From Sphagnum compactum (Eukaryota): a stretch of DNA of 64,000 nt. The notes below the pieces were generated by a model. The model was given only the letters and a program-made list of their open reading frames with translations. It ran no database searches and had not been told where the DNA came from. Location of the stretch: NCBI GenBank assembly GCA_965153455.1, contig OZ234494.1, forward strand, positions 7,192,001 to 7,256,000, in the 5' to 3' direction. Positions 12,960-24,649 of the stretch are shown piece by piece; within the stretch, counting starts at the first letter, position 1; each line of letters begins with the position of its first letter. The position numbers were made by a program, and so were the translations under genes.

Positions 12960-13620
12960 CTTTTTATTTAAAAATCTCAATTTCACTTTGTTATAAAACG
13001 TTTCATCACATTTTGCATAACAAAGAGTAATCAATTTTGCATACTGAAGGTCATCAGGAAGCACATCTGTAACCTTACCAAAAGGATTCAACTTCACAAA
13101 TTTATAAACTTGCATTCCAAAAAAATGCAAAGATTCCAAATAAGGAAGAATGGTTTAGAGCAAATAATTAACCTCACTATGTAACCCGTAGAATGTCTAA
13201 GAAAAAATGGCATTAAAAGGAGGATTAAACAAACTCTTATGAGGCATATCGTCTATCAACAAGGTATTTTCAAATCTTGTACCAGGAAATTGAACAAAGA
13301 AATCGCGATGGTTTTTATGGAAAACTGGTTTGTTTGGCTTTTCAGGTAAGAAATGATCATTTTTGAAGCGAATGATTGGTTCACTATCCTACAAGATAGA
13401 AGGGTAACGCCAATTTTCTTGGCGATAATTTCCAAATGCCTCAAAAAGTTTCTTTTCACTGTTGAGGACCATATGTACACCGTAAATTTTTTACACAAGT
13501 GGACAAGAATTCCTTGAGGCCAAGCCTTAAAACCATCAGGCGAGTTCTAGTTTGATCCTCACTTGTAGCAACAAGAACACCATTCAGGTCGTAAATTAAA
13601 TGATAGTCACTCACCTCCAA
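12960..13620 (-). pseudogene. FCP1/NIF-like HAD phosphatase pseudogene (copy 1)
   Basis: YHLIYDLNGVLV...LRLGLKEFLSTCV / KFTVYIWSSTVKRN...KPVFHKN...ENTLLIDDMPHKSLFNPPFNAIF. This is the motif order of plant FCP1-homology domains, broken by frameshifts. Confidence 0.8.
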
Positions 13621-14839
13621 TGAAGCACGTTTTTCCTGCGTGGTATGTGTAAGAAAACTAGAAGCTGTTGTCATTCTTGCACGTCACCCTTGCGAAAACT
13701 TGAAGTGGCTTCATTGTCTTAGCAACTGACATTCACCAAACTTGAAATATTTGGAATCTTTTGTAAAACAAGCTTCAAATGTGGAGCTTCATTAGCAAAA
13801 CTAGAAGTGTTTACAATTTCCTGGAACTTATAATGGGCAAAACCGGAAGACTTTGCATTATCTTGCGAAATGCCAAGTATTGTAAGTGGAGAAAGGAGAA
13901 GAGGGCTTAAACATACCCCTTCTAAATCTAAATTGAAAACTAAAATACTCTTTTAAACACCCTCATCTACAATATTAACAATGGAAAATGTAGAAAACCC
14001 TCTTATTCCTATAAAAAAATAGAAAAAATGCCCCAAAAGATGGTCGCCAAATGGTAGATGTGGATTAAATCCTGCAAACCTCATCCACATTTACTATAAC
14101 AACATATTTGCATTACAATATGCACATATTCACAATTCTTGCATTGATTCTACACACACCTGTCTCTATAATTCATCAAAACACCATATTCATGGTTATT
14201 CATATAACCAGAATTTGTACTTCAAAATACAATGTAAAAGATCTAGAAACAGAATTACACTTTATTTCCTTATATTTTTGATACTATAGAAAATTCACAC
14301 AACAATATGAATATGAAAATCATTACAGAAGTATGTACTTCTCTCTTGTTTATTGAAAACTTCAAAAAAACTACAGCAAAAGAATTCCATGTTTTGTTAA
14401 AATGAAATCAAAACAACAAAATTAAATTTGTGGTATCTCCAAAACATAATCTCTTGTTTCTGTTACAAATTAGCTACACCTATCTTCACTCCCAAAATTG
14501 TGTGTCAAAAAATGAAATCCTTTCCCCCATAACTTCCATATTTGGGTAGTCCCAAGTCACCATTAACATGATTCAAAACCAAACAAGAATTCAAAATTTA
14601 AAACCTCCAATGTCCAATGATCAATTCCTATCCTTAATGCCTTATTCATTCAAAATAATGCAATCAACCTACCCCCTTAACAATTGTCAACTGCATTTTC
14701 TCCCTCAACCGCATTTTGAAGGAGGAGGTTGGTACTTGGATTTGCTTAGTGGGATGGTTCCCGCTAGGAACAAACTCTTTTTGAAGATTGTAAACAAAAA
14801 GTAGACCAACAACAAGAAGCTGGATTTTCAATCAAGCAC

Positions 14840-16118
14840 ATGCCTCCTATGATGACACAATATGAGTATTCAAAGTGGCCCCCCAAATCCAAAAAAAGGA
14901 AGGAACCTACATCCACCATTGTTGATTGGCTTGATGAAGTTCGTTCATCAAAACAAGGACAGTTAAGGAGATCACCCTCCATCCATGTTCCACACCCAAG
15001 ATCTTTGATGTCACATGTATTGATTGCCCCTGTTCCTAACCTTGGGATAATCCCTAGTTTTGTTCCGATGGTTTCACTTATAAACTACAAATGGCATGAT
15101 TGTGAAATGCATGTTCAATTACACAAAAAGGTCTTGCTAGATTTCAAGACCTTCACGAAATGGATGAAAGACGTTTCAACAAATAATGTGAATTTGGTCA
15201 AAGGCATAGACTCATGGAGATGTGTAGACATGGTTTTCATAAACATTCCTAATAGCTTGCATGTGCATGACATTGAAGAGCACGTCCCTTCTTGGAACAC
15301 CCTACCTTGAGACAATTGGTTTCATTCCTTGTTCGGATTTTTGGAATATGTTTTATTCGACAATGGATGTGCACTTGTTTGGTGTAGTGCCAAATTGCTG
15401 TGATTACAAGAAAGGCTTCTGGCATTGGCATGTGGAGGCCACATTGAGAATGACCCAAACTTTCGTGTGAGTGAGCTTGTGAAGACAAATATAGTCATCA
15501 ATTGCTTGCCACAACTTGGTCTTACTTTTGGTTCCATCATAGCCATCTCCAACGTTTTGGTTTTCAAGAAACCACATAGTGCATTTGATTTTTCAAATGG
15601 AGCATCTTAGACAGATCCTTTTGTAGATGTCAAAATGTTGGACACCTTATTCAACAACATCACAATCGACATAATGTTTTGCAAGCCGTCTGGAGAACCT
15701 TGGAGAGGGGGAAAATAGAGAAGCCCTATTGTGATTCAACAACTCATTGAAGCTTGTTCACCTCCAGAAGGTCGTATCCTTGATCTTTTTCCTATAACCA
15801 CTGAGTACCAATTGTGTGTTGGTTTTTTGCCTAGGCTCAAATTCATGCATGAGCTTCATTAACATCCAAGTGCATTCTATTGGATTTTAGGGTCTAGCTT
15901 TCTTACTGCCAAGGCATGTGGGAGGCATGTTTTTGGGTTTGAATCTGATGGGGAGATTCATGATGGCTTACTCTTGAGCATTATGAAAACATTTCATGTT
16001 GTAGACTTGCATGAGGAAATCTCTTCTCCGCTTGAACCCTCCTCCAGTGTAGTCGACTTTCAAAACATTGTGCCCATATCAGACATAGATTCATGGCTGA
16101 TCTTGAGGACTTTGACTA
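14840..16118 (+). pseudogene. Beta-class N4-cytosine/N6-adenine DNA methyltransferase (N6_N4_Mtase-like) pseudogene with intron(s)
   Basis: One frame from 14840, read through stops at 15308, 15401, 15608 and 15716, gives VDMVFINIPN (motif IV position), EYVLFDNGCALVW, and PWRGGK*RSPIVIQQLIEACSPPEGRILDLFP. After a 90-nt intron-like gap (15801-15890, ends TTTTAG) it continues GSSFLTAKACGRHVFGFESD, matching the LDPFxGSGTT..A...GR..IG.E.D SAM-binding end. A further GTAAGT donor lies at 16119. Confidence 0.78.
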
Positions 16119-17265
16119 GTAAGTATTTTTCATTTATACTTTCTCATCAATTTTTTCCATAACATTCTAGTGCATGTCAAATAGTTGCTAAAGTGCATTG
16201 TTTGCCAAAGTCCCTTCAACTCCAAGGCTTGATACAAGTTTGCCACTGTATGTAGAACATGAGGCACAACAACATGAAATAAGGTAGGCACATGAGAGGT
16301 GAATGAAGCTTCTACATTGGGATTGCAAAGGCAAGTAGAAGTCTTCATGGACGTGGAAGAGCAAGTGAAGATTAGATTAGTAGAACAACGCTAAGCTGCA
16401 TGGTTTTTTTAGCAATGTAAGTAATAGACTTGCATTGTAATAGTCAATTATGTTTTATGTTCTCACTTATGTTTAGTTTGAAATTGCAATAGGTTCATTA
16501 CCTACATGTGGGCTACTCAACTTGGTTTCGAATATATGACATGTTTTTTTAATATTTTTTTAATAAATATGATTTTTTGAAAGTGATGATTTTTTATAAT
16601 TCAGTATTTTGTCTTTTAAAAATAATAACAATTTCAAATCATAATCAAAAATTGATTTTTTAAATTTTTATGTTTTCTTGTATAATAAGCTACAACTTTT
16701 TTTAACACATCATATATATTGTATTTTATTTATATGTAATAAAGAACTTTTGAAATTCTAAAATTCTAAATGAATTTTGGAATATTTTTTAATTTCAAAA
16801 GTTTTAAATCTTCACATATTTTAGGGTATGAGTGTTTTTTGAATGTGTTTAATAGGTATTTACTTTCTTAAAATTTTCCCATCAATAGTTTTATTATATT
16901 CGTCCTTCTGATAGTCCTTAACAAAATTCATTCCTTTTGATGCAATAGGTGTTCACTTTCAAAGGCTTTAAATTAAAATTTAAACTCAAAATTTAAATTT
17001 ATCAAATGGATTTATGGTTTGAATTATTTGACATTCATATGAATGAAATATTTTTTTTGCCATGATTGCCATGCTTTTAAATGGTAAAACATAATTTTTT
17101 TTTAAATTTTGACTTTTTTTTGCCATCGTTCGATACTCTTTTTGACTCATTTGATTATGATTACACTTGAATTGTATTTGTAATGAGGTAGTTCAAAACT
17201 CAAAAAAAGAAAATTTAATTGATTAAAATTAAATTTTTAGTTTAGGACTTAAAAAAATTTGGTGA

Positions 17266-17390
17266 TTGGGATGAACTTCACTTAGTGGCCATTAGATTTA
17301 GCAAATTTGTGATCATTTTACACATGAATGTCATTTGAATGGATGTCTCAATTAGCTTATTGCTAAATTAATATGATAATGTCATCGAAA
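17266..17390 (+). repeat. Dispersed repeat shared with ~40743-40860
   Basis: GGGATGAACT[T/C]CACTT[A/G]GTGGCCATTAGA[T/C]TTA[G/A]CAAATTTGTGATCATTTTA is present at both sites. Confidence 0.75.
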
Positions 17391-17958
17391 ATTCCCAAAA
17401 AATAACATCAATGGGTCCAAATTCTTTAAGATGAACCAAAATCTTGTCACAACGTCACCTTTTTTTTCTGTTTTTTTACCTCAAATGATTTTTCATTCTT
17501 GACTTCAAGCTAAAAGGCTAAGAGCTAAAAGTTAAAAAAGAAAAAGAAAAGTGCATGTCAAATTTTCAAATGTCTTTCTCCCTTGGGGAGAAGAGGACCC
17601 AATTGCAAAGGAAAGAAAGGTGTTGAAAAATTTGATTTTGATTTTTTTTTTTGGGTCATAATTTTTTGTTCTTAACCTAAACCATTTTAGATATCCACAT
17701 TTCAAGAGCTTTTCAATGATATAAAGAAAGTTTTGATTTGAATAACATTGCCACTTGAACTTTCTAGTCAAACATTCAAGAACTTTTTCCTTGGGAAGAA
17801 TTGTTCCCCTGAGGAAGGAAACTAGTCCCCTTCTCCCAAGCAACTCCCACTAAAAGCAAAGTAATATGTCAGTTTACTTCCTGACAGAACCTGTTGCTAG
17901 TGTGTCTTTGTACTCTGTATAAAGTTTGTCTTACTAGTTTGTACTATAAACCCTAAAG

Positions 17959-20546
17959 CTACCACTGTAGCTGCCGAAGAGAAGAACTTCGACGTTCGTT
18001 TTCGGCAGCGACATTGAGGAGAGCTTTTCTGAGATCCTCTGCCTCCATTAGCTTGTGGCCGTTCATCTGGTCATAGGACACGCCGCAGCTAGAAATTAGT
18101 ATCAGTATTGAGATCAAAAGTTACAAAACTGTTTCACGTAGTACAGAACCAAAATTTTAGTGAAGCGCTACAAATTCAGAAACATGTATGTACATGATGA
18201 GCTAGAAACCAAGTTGCAAGAACGACACAAAACATGAGACGTGTTTCGGCTAAATGTAGCTGGTCCCCCAAAGAGCAATAACGATTACTAGTTTCTCTGG
18301 GATGCTTGAGAATTTATTCCAATGTGGCCCAGCTTTAAGTAAATTTTTGAAGTTGGATGAACGGGGTGTGAATGTGTAGCAACAAAATGTAAATTCTAGA
18401 ATTTACCAGTTCGGGAATTCTGGATTTTATGTCCAACCGACCCTAGTGTTTTTGCTACTGGGCATCGATCCAGAGGCGCACCTCGATAACGATGTTGTTG
18501 ACAAAAGTATCTGGAGTTGATGAATGGGTGGCATGTAGAATATCAAGGCCCAGTAACTCCAGAGATTGCACCAGCCGCAGGAGCACACCTGGATTTCTCT
18601 TGCAAGTTATGCGGAGGTGGTATATCGCACGCTGATCATTTATTCTTTGAAGTTGGACCTGAGACTAGCCAGCATTAATTTCCTTTTGAAATTTGGTATC
18701 TAAGAGTTAGCTATTGATCGGAAGAAGATCGAGAAGAGTCTTCGAGTTTCTCATGTCGACCAAGTCTTGAATTCTATAGACTCAAGATTCAGGAACATTC
18801 GAGACAAGATTGATGCATAAAAGAGACATGCATGTAGGACCGGCCAGGATTTTGGAGAAAAATAACTTACAACCTGAAGAGATTGGCTTGTGGATCCTGG
18901 GAATCCTCCAGATTCCATCGTTCTAGCAGACTCGGCAACAAATTTCCCTAGATTGATACCACTGCAATCGCTTATGTTTGAAACTGGGTCGCGGACTCCA
19001 ATTGATCTAGCTGAGCACTTCTGTTCCAGTGCTGCAACCTCAGTTTCAATATCGATCACCTCCTTCTTAAGTTCAATGACATAATCGATCGCATCACCTA
19101 AAATTGAAACTTTGTCCATCTGCAGACATACATGTAAACGATCGAATTTCACGACCATTGCTCATATACTGCAAACGTTCAGCACTAGCGCCGTGGACAG
19201 ACAAACGCAAGTACTCAGAAATGGTTAGCGAGTGGCTGTCGTTGTAGACCTTCTGGTTGAGGTTTCATGGCACTACGTACCGGTGGTACTTCATGGGTCG
19301 CTGTTGCAGAGCAGGGCTGTTGGTTGACGTCTTTTGGTGAGGATAACAAAGAGGACAAGGAACGAGGGGACCTTTAAGAGATAAACAAACCGTAGGCAGA
19401 GGACTTGAATCAATATTGAGACTACACAAAGAAGGGTTACAGAAACAAGCTGTCCTATAATTCGTCGAAGCTTTGTTGCTCGCTTTCCGTTAAATGTCAG
19501 TACATTTTAAGCTTAAGGTAAGATAAGGTGCACTAGCTAGTTAGTCACTGGAGGTTTTGAAACTCTAAATGTCATATGAGAGTACCTCGAAAATTGAGAC
19601 TGGATCTCACTCTCGAAATGCAATGCATTCTGTTGCAAGTGTTAGTGTTGAAAAATTCGGAGACCTAGACTATAACTGCGGTCGTATTGATAGAGCAATT
19701 TACCTTGCTGATTTTGGGAACCAAGCCTCGTAGAGAGTAGAGACTATCATTGAGCTTCTTCCTGCGCTTGCGCTCCGAGGCCAAATTCTTGGACACTGTC
19801 TTGCAGCCAGTATAGAACCTTCTGATGCCTTTTATTGGGTGCAACACCGCCTCCCGTAGTTGTTCGGGCGAGTTAGTGGGGGGCCTAGTTGTCACTCCTG
19901 ATATCTCGCGCGAGGACTCAACTTCTCGAGGAGGACTCGACACTATACGAAGGTCTTGTACAACAAGATTTGATGCCCCGTCTATTTCACCAGATTTAGA
20001 GTTTGATTCATGTGGGTGATCTCGTGATCCATTATTTGTAACTACGACCTCATATTCGTGTTTTCTAAATTTCTCTTCTAAGCCTGACGTATCTGACTCT
20101 CTGATTCTTATCTTTGCTGAAGTAGTGGACGTTACTATATTGCCTTCCATTCGCTGCTCTGGGGGTGCCTGAAATTCATTCAACAACTCCTGCCAGTCCC
20201 ACATTTGGTCATGATCGACTTTAGAGTCATTCGTAGCGAAACTGAACACGCTCGCGTGAACTCCGTGCTGTTCATATGCAATTGGTAAAGAATTAGTTGG
20301 AGCTGAGTATAGTCCCTCTAGCGTCCAGAGGGGATCTTCACATCGTGTTGAACTTTTGAGCAGCTCTGGTTCTTGATAGGTTTGACGGGGCGTGTTAGTT
20401 TCCAGTACTCTCACCTCTTGTTCTCTGACGTTGCAACGACCTCCACACATTTCACGATGCCGATCGGCCTGCAGTGGGTTGATGGGCATCGAAGTAACTC
20501 CGATCACTTGTGGCGGGCCATCATATGTTCCAGCTGCTTCGTACAT
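17959..20546 (-). CDS. Group III bHLH transcription factor with C-terminal ACT-like domain (AMS/ICE/FIT-related)
   Basis: Exons ~20546-19704, 19119-18871, 18658-18482 and 18066-17959 give SKNLASERKRRKKLNDSLYSLRGLVPKISK|MDKVSILGDAIDYVIELKKEV, then YHLRITCKRNPGVLLRLVQSLELLGLDILHA and MEAEDLRKALLNVAA...*. The intron at ISK|MDK is in a position typical of plant bHLH genes. The start is uncertain and further 5' exons are possible. Confidence 0.88.
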
Positions 20547-23500
20547 GTTTGAAGCTTCGTCATTCTCGGTTGTGAATGGCTCCAGAGTCTCTCCAGGGTA
20601 ACCGGCAAGAAAGTAAAACTGGTTCTGAAACATCACAGTAGGAGAGAGGGATATATGTGGACGAAAACGAAATCTTCCACGGCACTGCTTGTCACAAATG
20701 TTGCCTCAAGTTGCAGATGTACAAGTCGATCACCTACAGTCCGCCCATGGATCCAATTTCTTTTGTTGTTAGCACATAGTGTCGACAGTTTTCAGGGCCT
20801 CTAGACGTGTGCCATAATCCTGCGATAAGAAGTGAAAGAGTTGTGTTTTGGATATAGAATTGTCAGGCTCTGAAGTATGGACCTACTTAACCAGTGTACC
20901 TGGCATCACCAAGCGCTCCCCCTCGGCCTAATACTGCGATGACGCCACAGAGGAGCAACGCTCGCTTGGAATGATTTTACGGAACTCTCTTGGTATGATT
21001 GCACTAACTCAGTTCAAGCGCCTTTACACCATTTGTACCTGCCATTGAATGCACGATGAAAGCATATCATTCCTTCAAGTTGATCGATGACCCATCTAAG
21101 AGGTGCAGGAATCTCCTCGGAAAGGGCTATCAATATGTAAATGGTTCTCACGTTACTACCCCAGCTTTGTTCTAATTACTACTTGGTCTCAGAAACAATC
21201 AGACGATCGAGGTCGAAGTTGTGATCGATGACATTCTGCGGAGATCTCTCATCAGTGTTTGTATGCGTAGAACACATTCAAGGTCCAAGGGATTCTGTGC
21301 TTAATTTTTAACAAGTCCTCCCATTCTAGTTGCTTGGAAATTTTGCCATATGCAAGCATGAAGAGCGAATCGTAACTTTTGAAGACCTATTATAAAATCA
21401 AAACCATGGCCAAGTTCTTCCATCTACCTGATGGCACCAAAAATTCTTAGACACTCTGCCCTCGTCCTTTCTTTAAGACGCATGGCATGCTCTCGGACAC
21501 CTGCATTCTCATCACATAATTCTGAAAACCAATGAATATTTGCACAAACCCTGTCGTCACACAGAGATTGCTGCTCTGAGGAATAGGGTAAACCATAAAA
21601 CTCTGACGATCTCCCGCATGCATCAAAATTCTGTAAAACTCTATGACCAACAGGACATCAGATGAGCAACTAAACGACTCAACAATTCAGAATCTTACAT
21701 CAATATTAGGAGCAACTAGCTAGGGAATCAACGATCTGATCGATTACTAGACACCTGAAGAATGTAAACACACCTTCATCATGAGTAGCGATGAACGAGG
21801 TAGGCTCCGCAGTAATCTTGACATACAATTCAGCAGTCTATGATCTGGTCATATACACCTCAAGGCTCAAGCCTTACAAACAAGATGGAGCATTCTTTTT
21901 TCTTTTTTCTCCGAAAAGTTAAAAGCTTGAGACCACCAGCTAGGCAAGCTGGGAAGATGCTATAAGCTATGGAGTGACCAGTGCTGCGAACTATTTAACA
22001 CCGAGTGACCGGTACTAGTGTCGATCAATTATTTAAACTTGAGGAAACTTCATTCCAGAAAGGATGCGTGATAATAGTGCGCGTGCTTGCCAAGTATGCG
22101 CTTGCACCACAACTCATGCATTGAATCAGCGCCTTTCTACAAACCTGCTTGCAACCGGTAAATCCAATGCTGCATTGACCACGCCCTTGGATCTAGACAC
22201 CCAACCACAACCTCTACAGTGATGGGTGCAAATCACGAAGTGATCTTTTTCAGTGGCGAATTCTCCATCGCCTATGTACAGCTCGAGCCTGATTCCGCCA
22301 TCAGTTTGAGTCTGGTCACCTCCACGCTAGATTCTTGGGGGGTCTTTGGATCCAGAGTTGACCAGTACTGGGCGGCGGTTCTGTCTTTTCATGAGAACTG
22401 TTGGTTCCGGTTCTTCTCAACACTTGAGAGAAAGAATCGACCCGGTTCTCTTCTCAAAATTATTTTAGATTTCTCTTAATCAATCAGGGTATTGTATTTC
22501 CTTTAACATTTGATCAAGCTCATTCTCAGATAGGACGGTTCTCATAAATTTGATAACAATTAATTGGTTTTCATATCCAGTTTTCACAATCCAGATCTCA
22601 AATTTATTTTTATTTTTATTAAAAAATTCAATCAGAAAATAATAAAAAATAAAAAATAACTAAGTCTAAAAACTATTAAAATGTGACACAATTTTTTCTA
22701 TAATAAACTATATCTCAAAGTCTCATCTTTTTCAACTGTTTTTTCAAATTCATTTAACTCCTTTTTTAAAACTTTGCTTCGATTTCATTTAACTTCACTA
22801 AACTAGAAAAAGGTTTACAACCAATCCTAGGGTCATTAGGCCAATTTCTTTTCACAAAAAATAATTAATTTAAATTATCCGACACAAATGACATCTCTTA
22901 AGATGAGTAAATATTCTCGCCAAAAATAAAATCATTTTAATCTTAATTTGTGAACCAACAATGTTTAAAATTTGACAAGTAAAGAAATCCAACTATACAA
23001 AAAAATAGATTCTTGCTTTTCTCACCATTGGAAAAGACATTTGATATCTTTGCATTGAGTTGTAATTTCCTGAAAATCAGAAGTTCCTTGTCACTAATTC
23101 ATTTATGCTTATTGTCATCTCAAAAATGTGCAAACTACAATTTTCATCAACACCCTAGTCAATAGTGACATTTCAAACAAAGGGTGCATATGATGATGAC
23201 ATTTTAATTACTTGGGATCTACAAGGTTTTCCTATCATATCTTCAACGATGGCCTTGCCTTCCTCAAGGCCAATAAATGAGGACACCAAATGTAAGTTTT
23301 TGAACTTAGGATCCAACATCAAGGACAACATGTTATGGGCCTTCTATTTTCAAATTAAAAATAAAATTAAACATCACAAGTTTTTTTTCTAATGTTAGAG
23401 GCCAAAAAAACTAATTTAAAAGCAACAATGGATTCCTCTTCCATAAAAGTATCAAAAGAAACTAAAATTTCAATTTCTTCTTTCAATTTAAAATAAAATG

Positions 23501-24649
23501 AAAATGGTAGAATTTAAAGCATCATTTCAATAGCCAATGACCTCTAGATTGATTTGAGAACACAAGTAAACACAATAAGGGAAAAGACATCAACAATGAT
23601 TGAAAGATGTGCCATATTAAAAGAAAAAACAATCATGTAGTCATCATAATAATAATCTACCTAATATAATAAAAAACAATGGTTTTTGAAATTGTAATGC
23701 CTCCTTTAAAAAGATAATTTTGCTCACAAATCTACAAAAGAAAAAACATTTGTTAGAAATTATTGTTAATTGAAACTAAGTGCAAAAAATACAACATATG
23801 GGTGAATGCAAGCTATGGTGGTTCACTTTTGGAATCACAGTAGTAATTTCTATATAAGGTGTTTTGTGTTTAAACTTTAAATGTTTATGGAGAATAATTT
23901 AATCTTAAATGTATTTGATGATGATTGATTCTTGATTATGAAAACATTTGCACAATTATTTTTTGAAAATAATGCATTCATTATCAATAGTGAATTTTTG
24001 AAATAAAAAATATGGATTGATCCGTTCATTGGATTATTAAAAAATTTAGGAATTCATATTGCAATCCACTCCAAATTGTTTATAATGACTAATTAGTATG
24101 GGTTAAAGAATGAAATCATAAAATTAAATGTGAAATATTGTTTTGTGAAACTTTAACCAAATGGTAGTTATGAATTTTTGAAAGGTCAAAATTGAACCTT
24201 GTTTTCAAAAGTCCTTTTGAAATGATTTTTTTTTTTGGGTCAAAATTTCTTTGCCCAATGGGTACATAATTGAAATATCTAAATGGGCTTTTATTCTTAT
24301 GAATTTCATGGGTTTTTCAAAGTGGTTTTATCATACTAGTTAACAATAACATTTTTCAATATGGATTTTGACCTAGTTTTTAAAGGTTTCATAAATGAAT
24401 GAAATGTAGTAGTCAAAACTTACATTAATGAAATTTTTTATAATTAGAAACCATATCTATATGTATAATATACATGAAAACCTACTTATGAGTCTTGTGA
24501 ATGTTATATCTAATAAAATGAACCACCAAATAATGCATACACCCATATATATTTATCATTGTAATAATACATCAAATAAAAAAGTTATTTTGTCTTCACT
24601 GATGTATTCAACTTCATTAGGGCTAAACCAAATTCGACACGTGCTTTGT

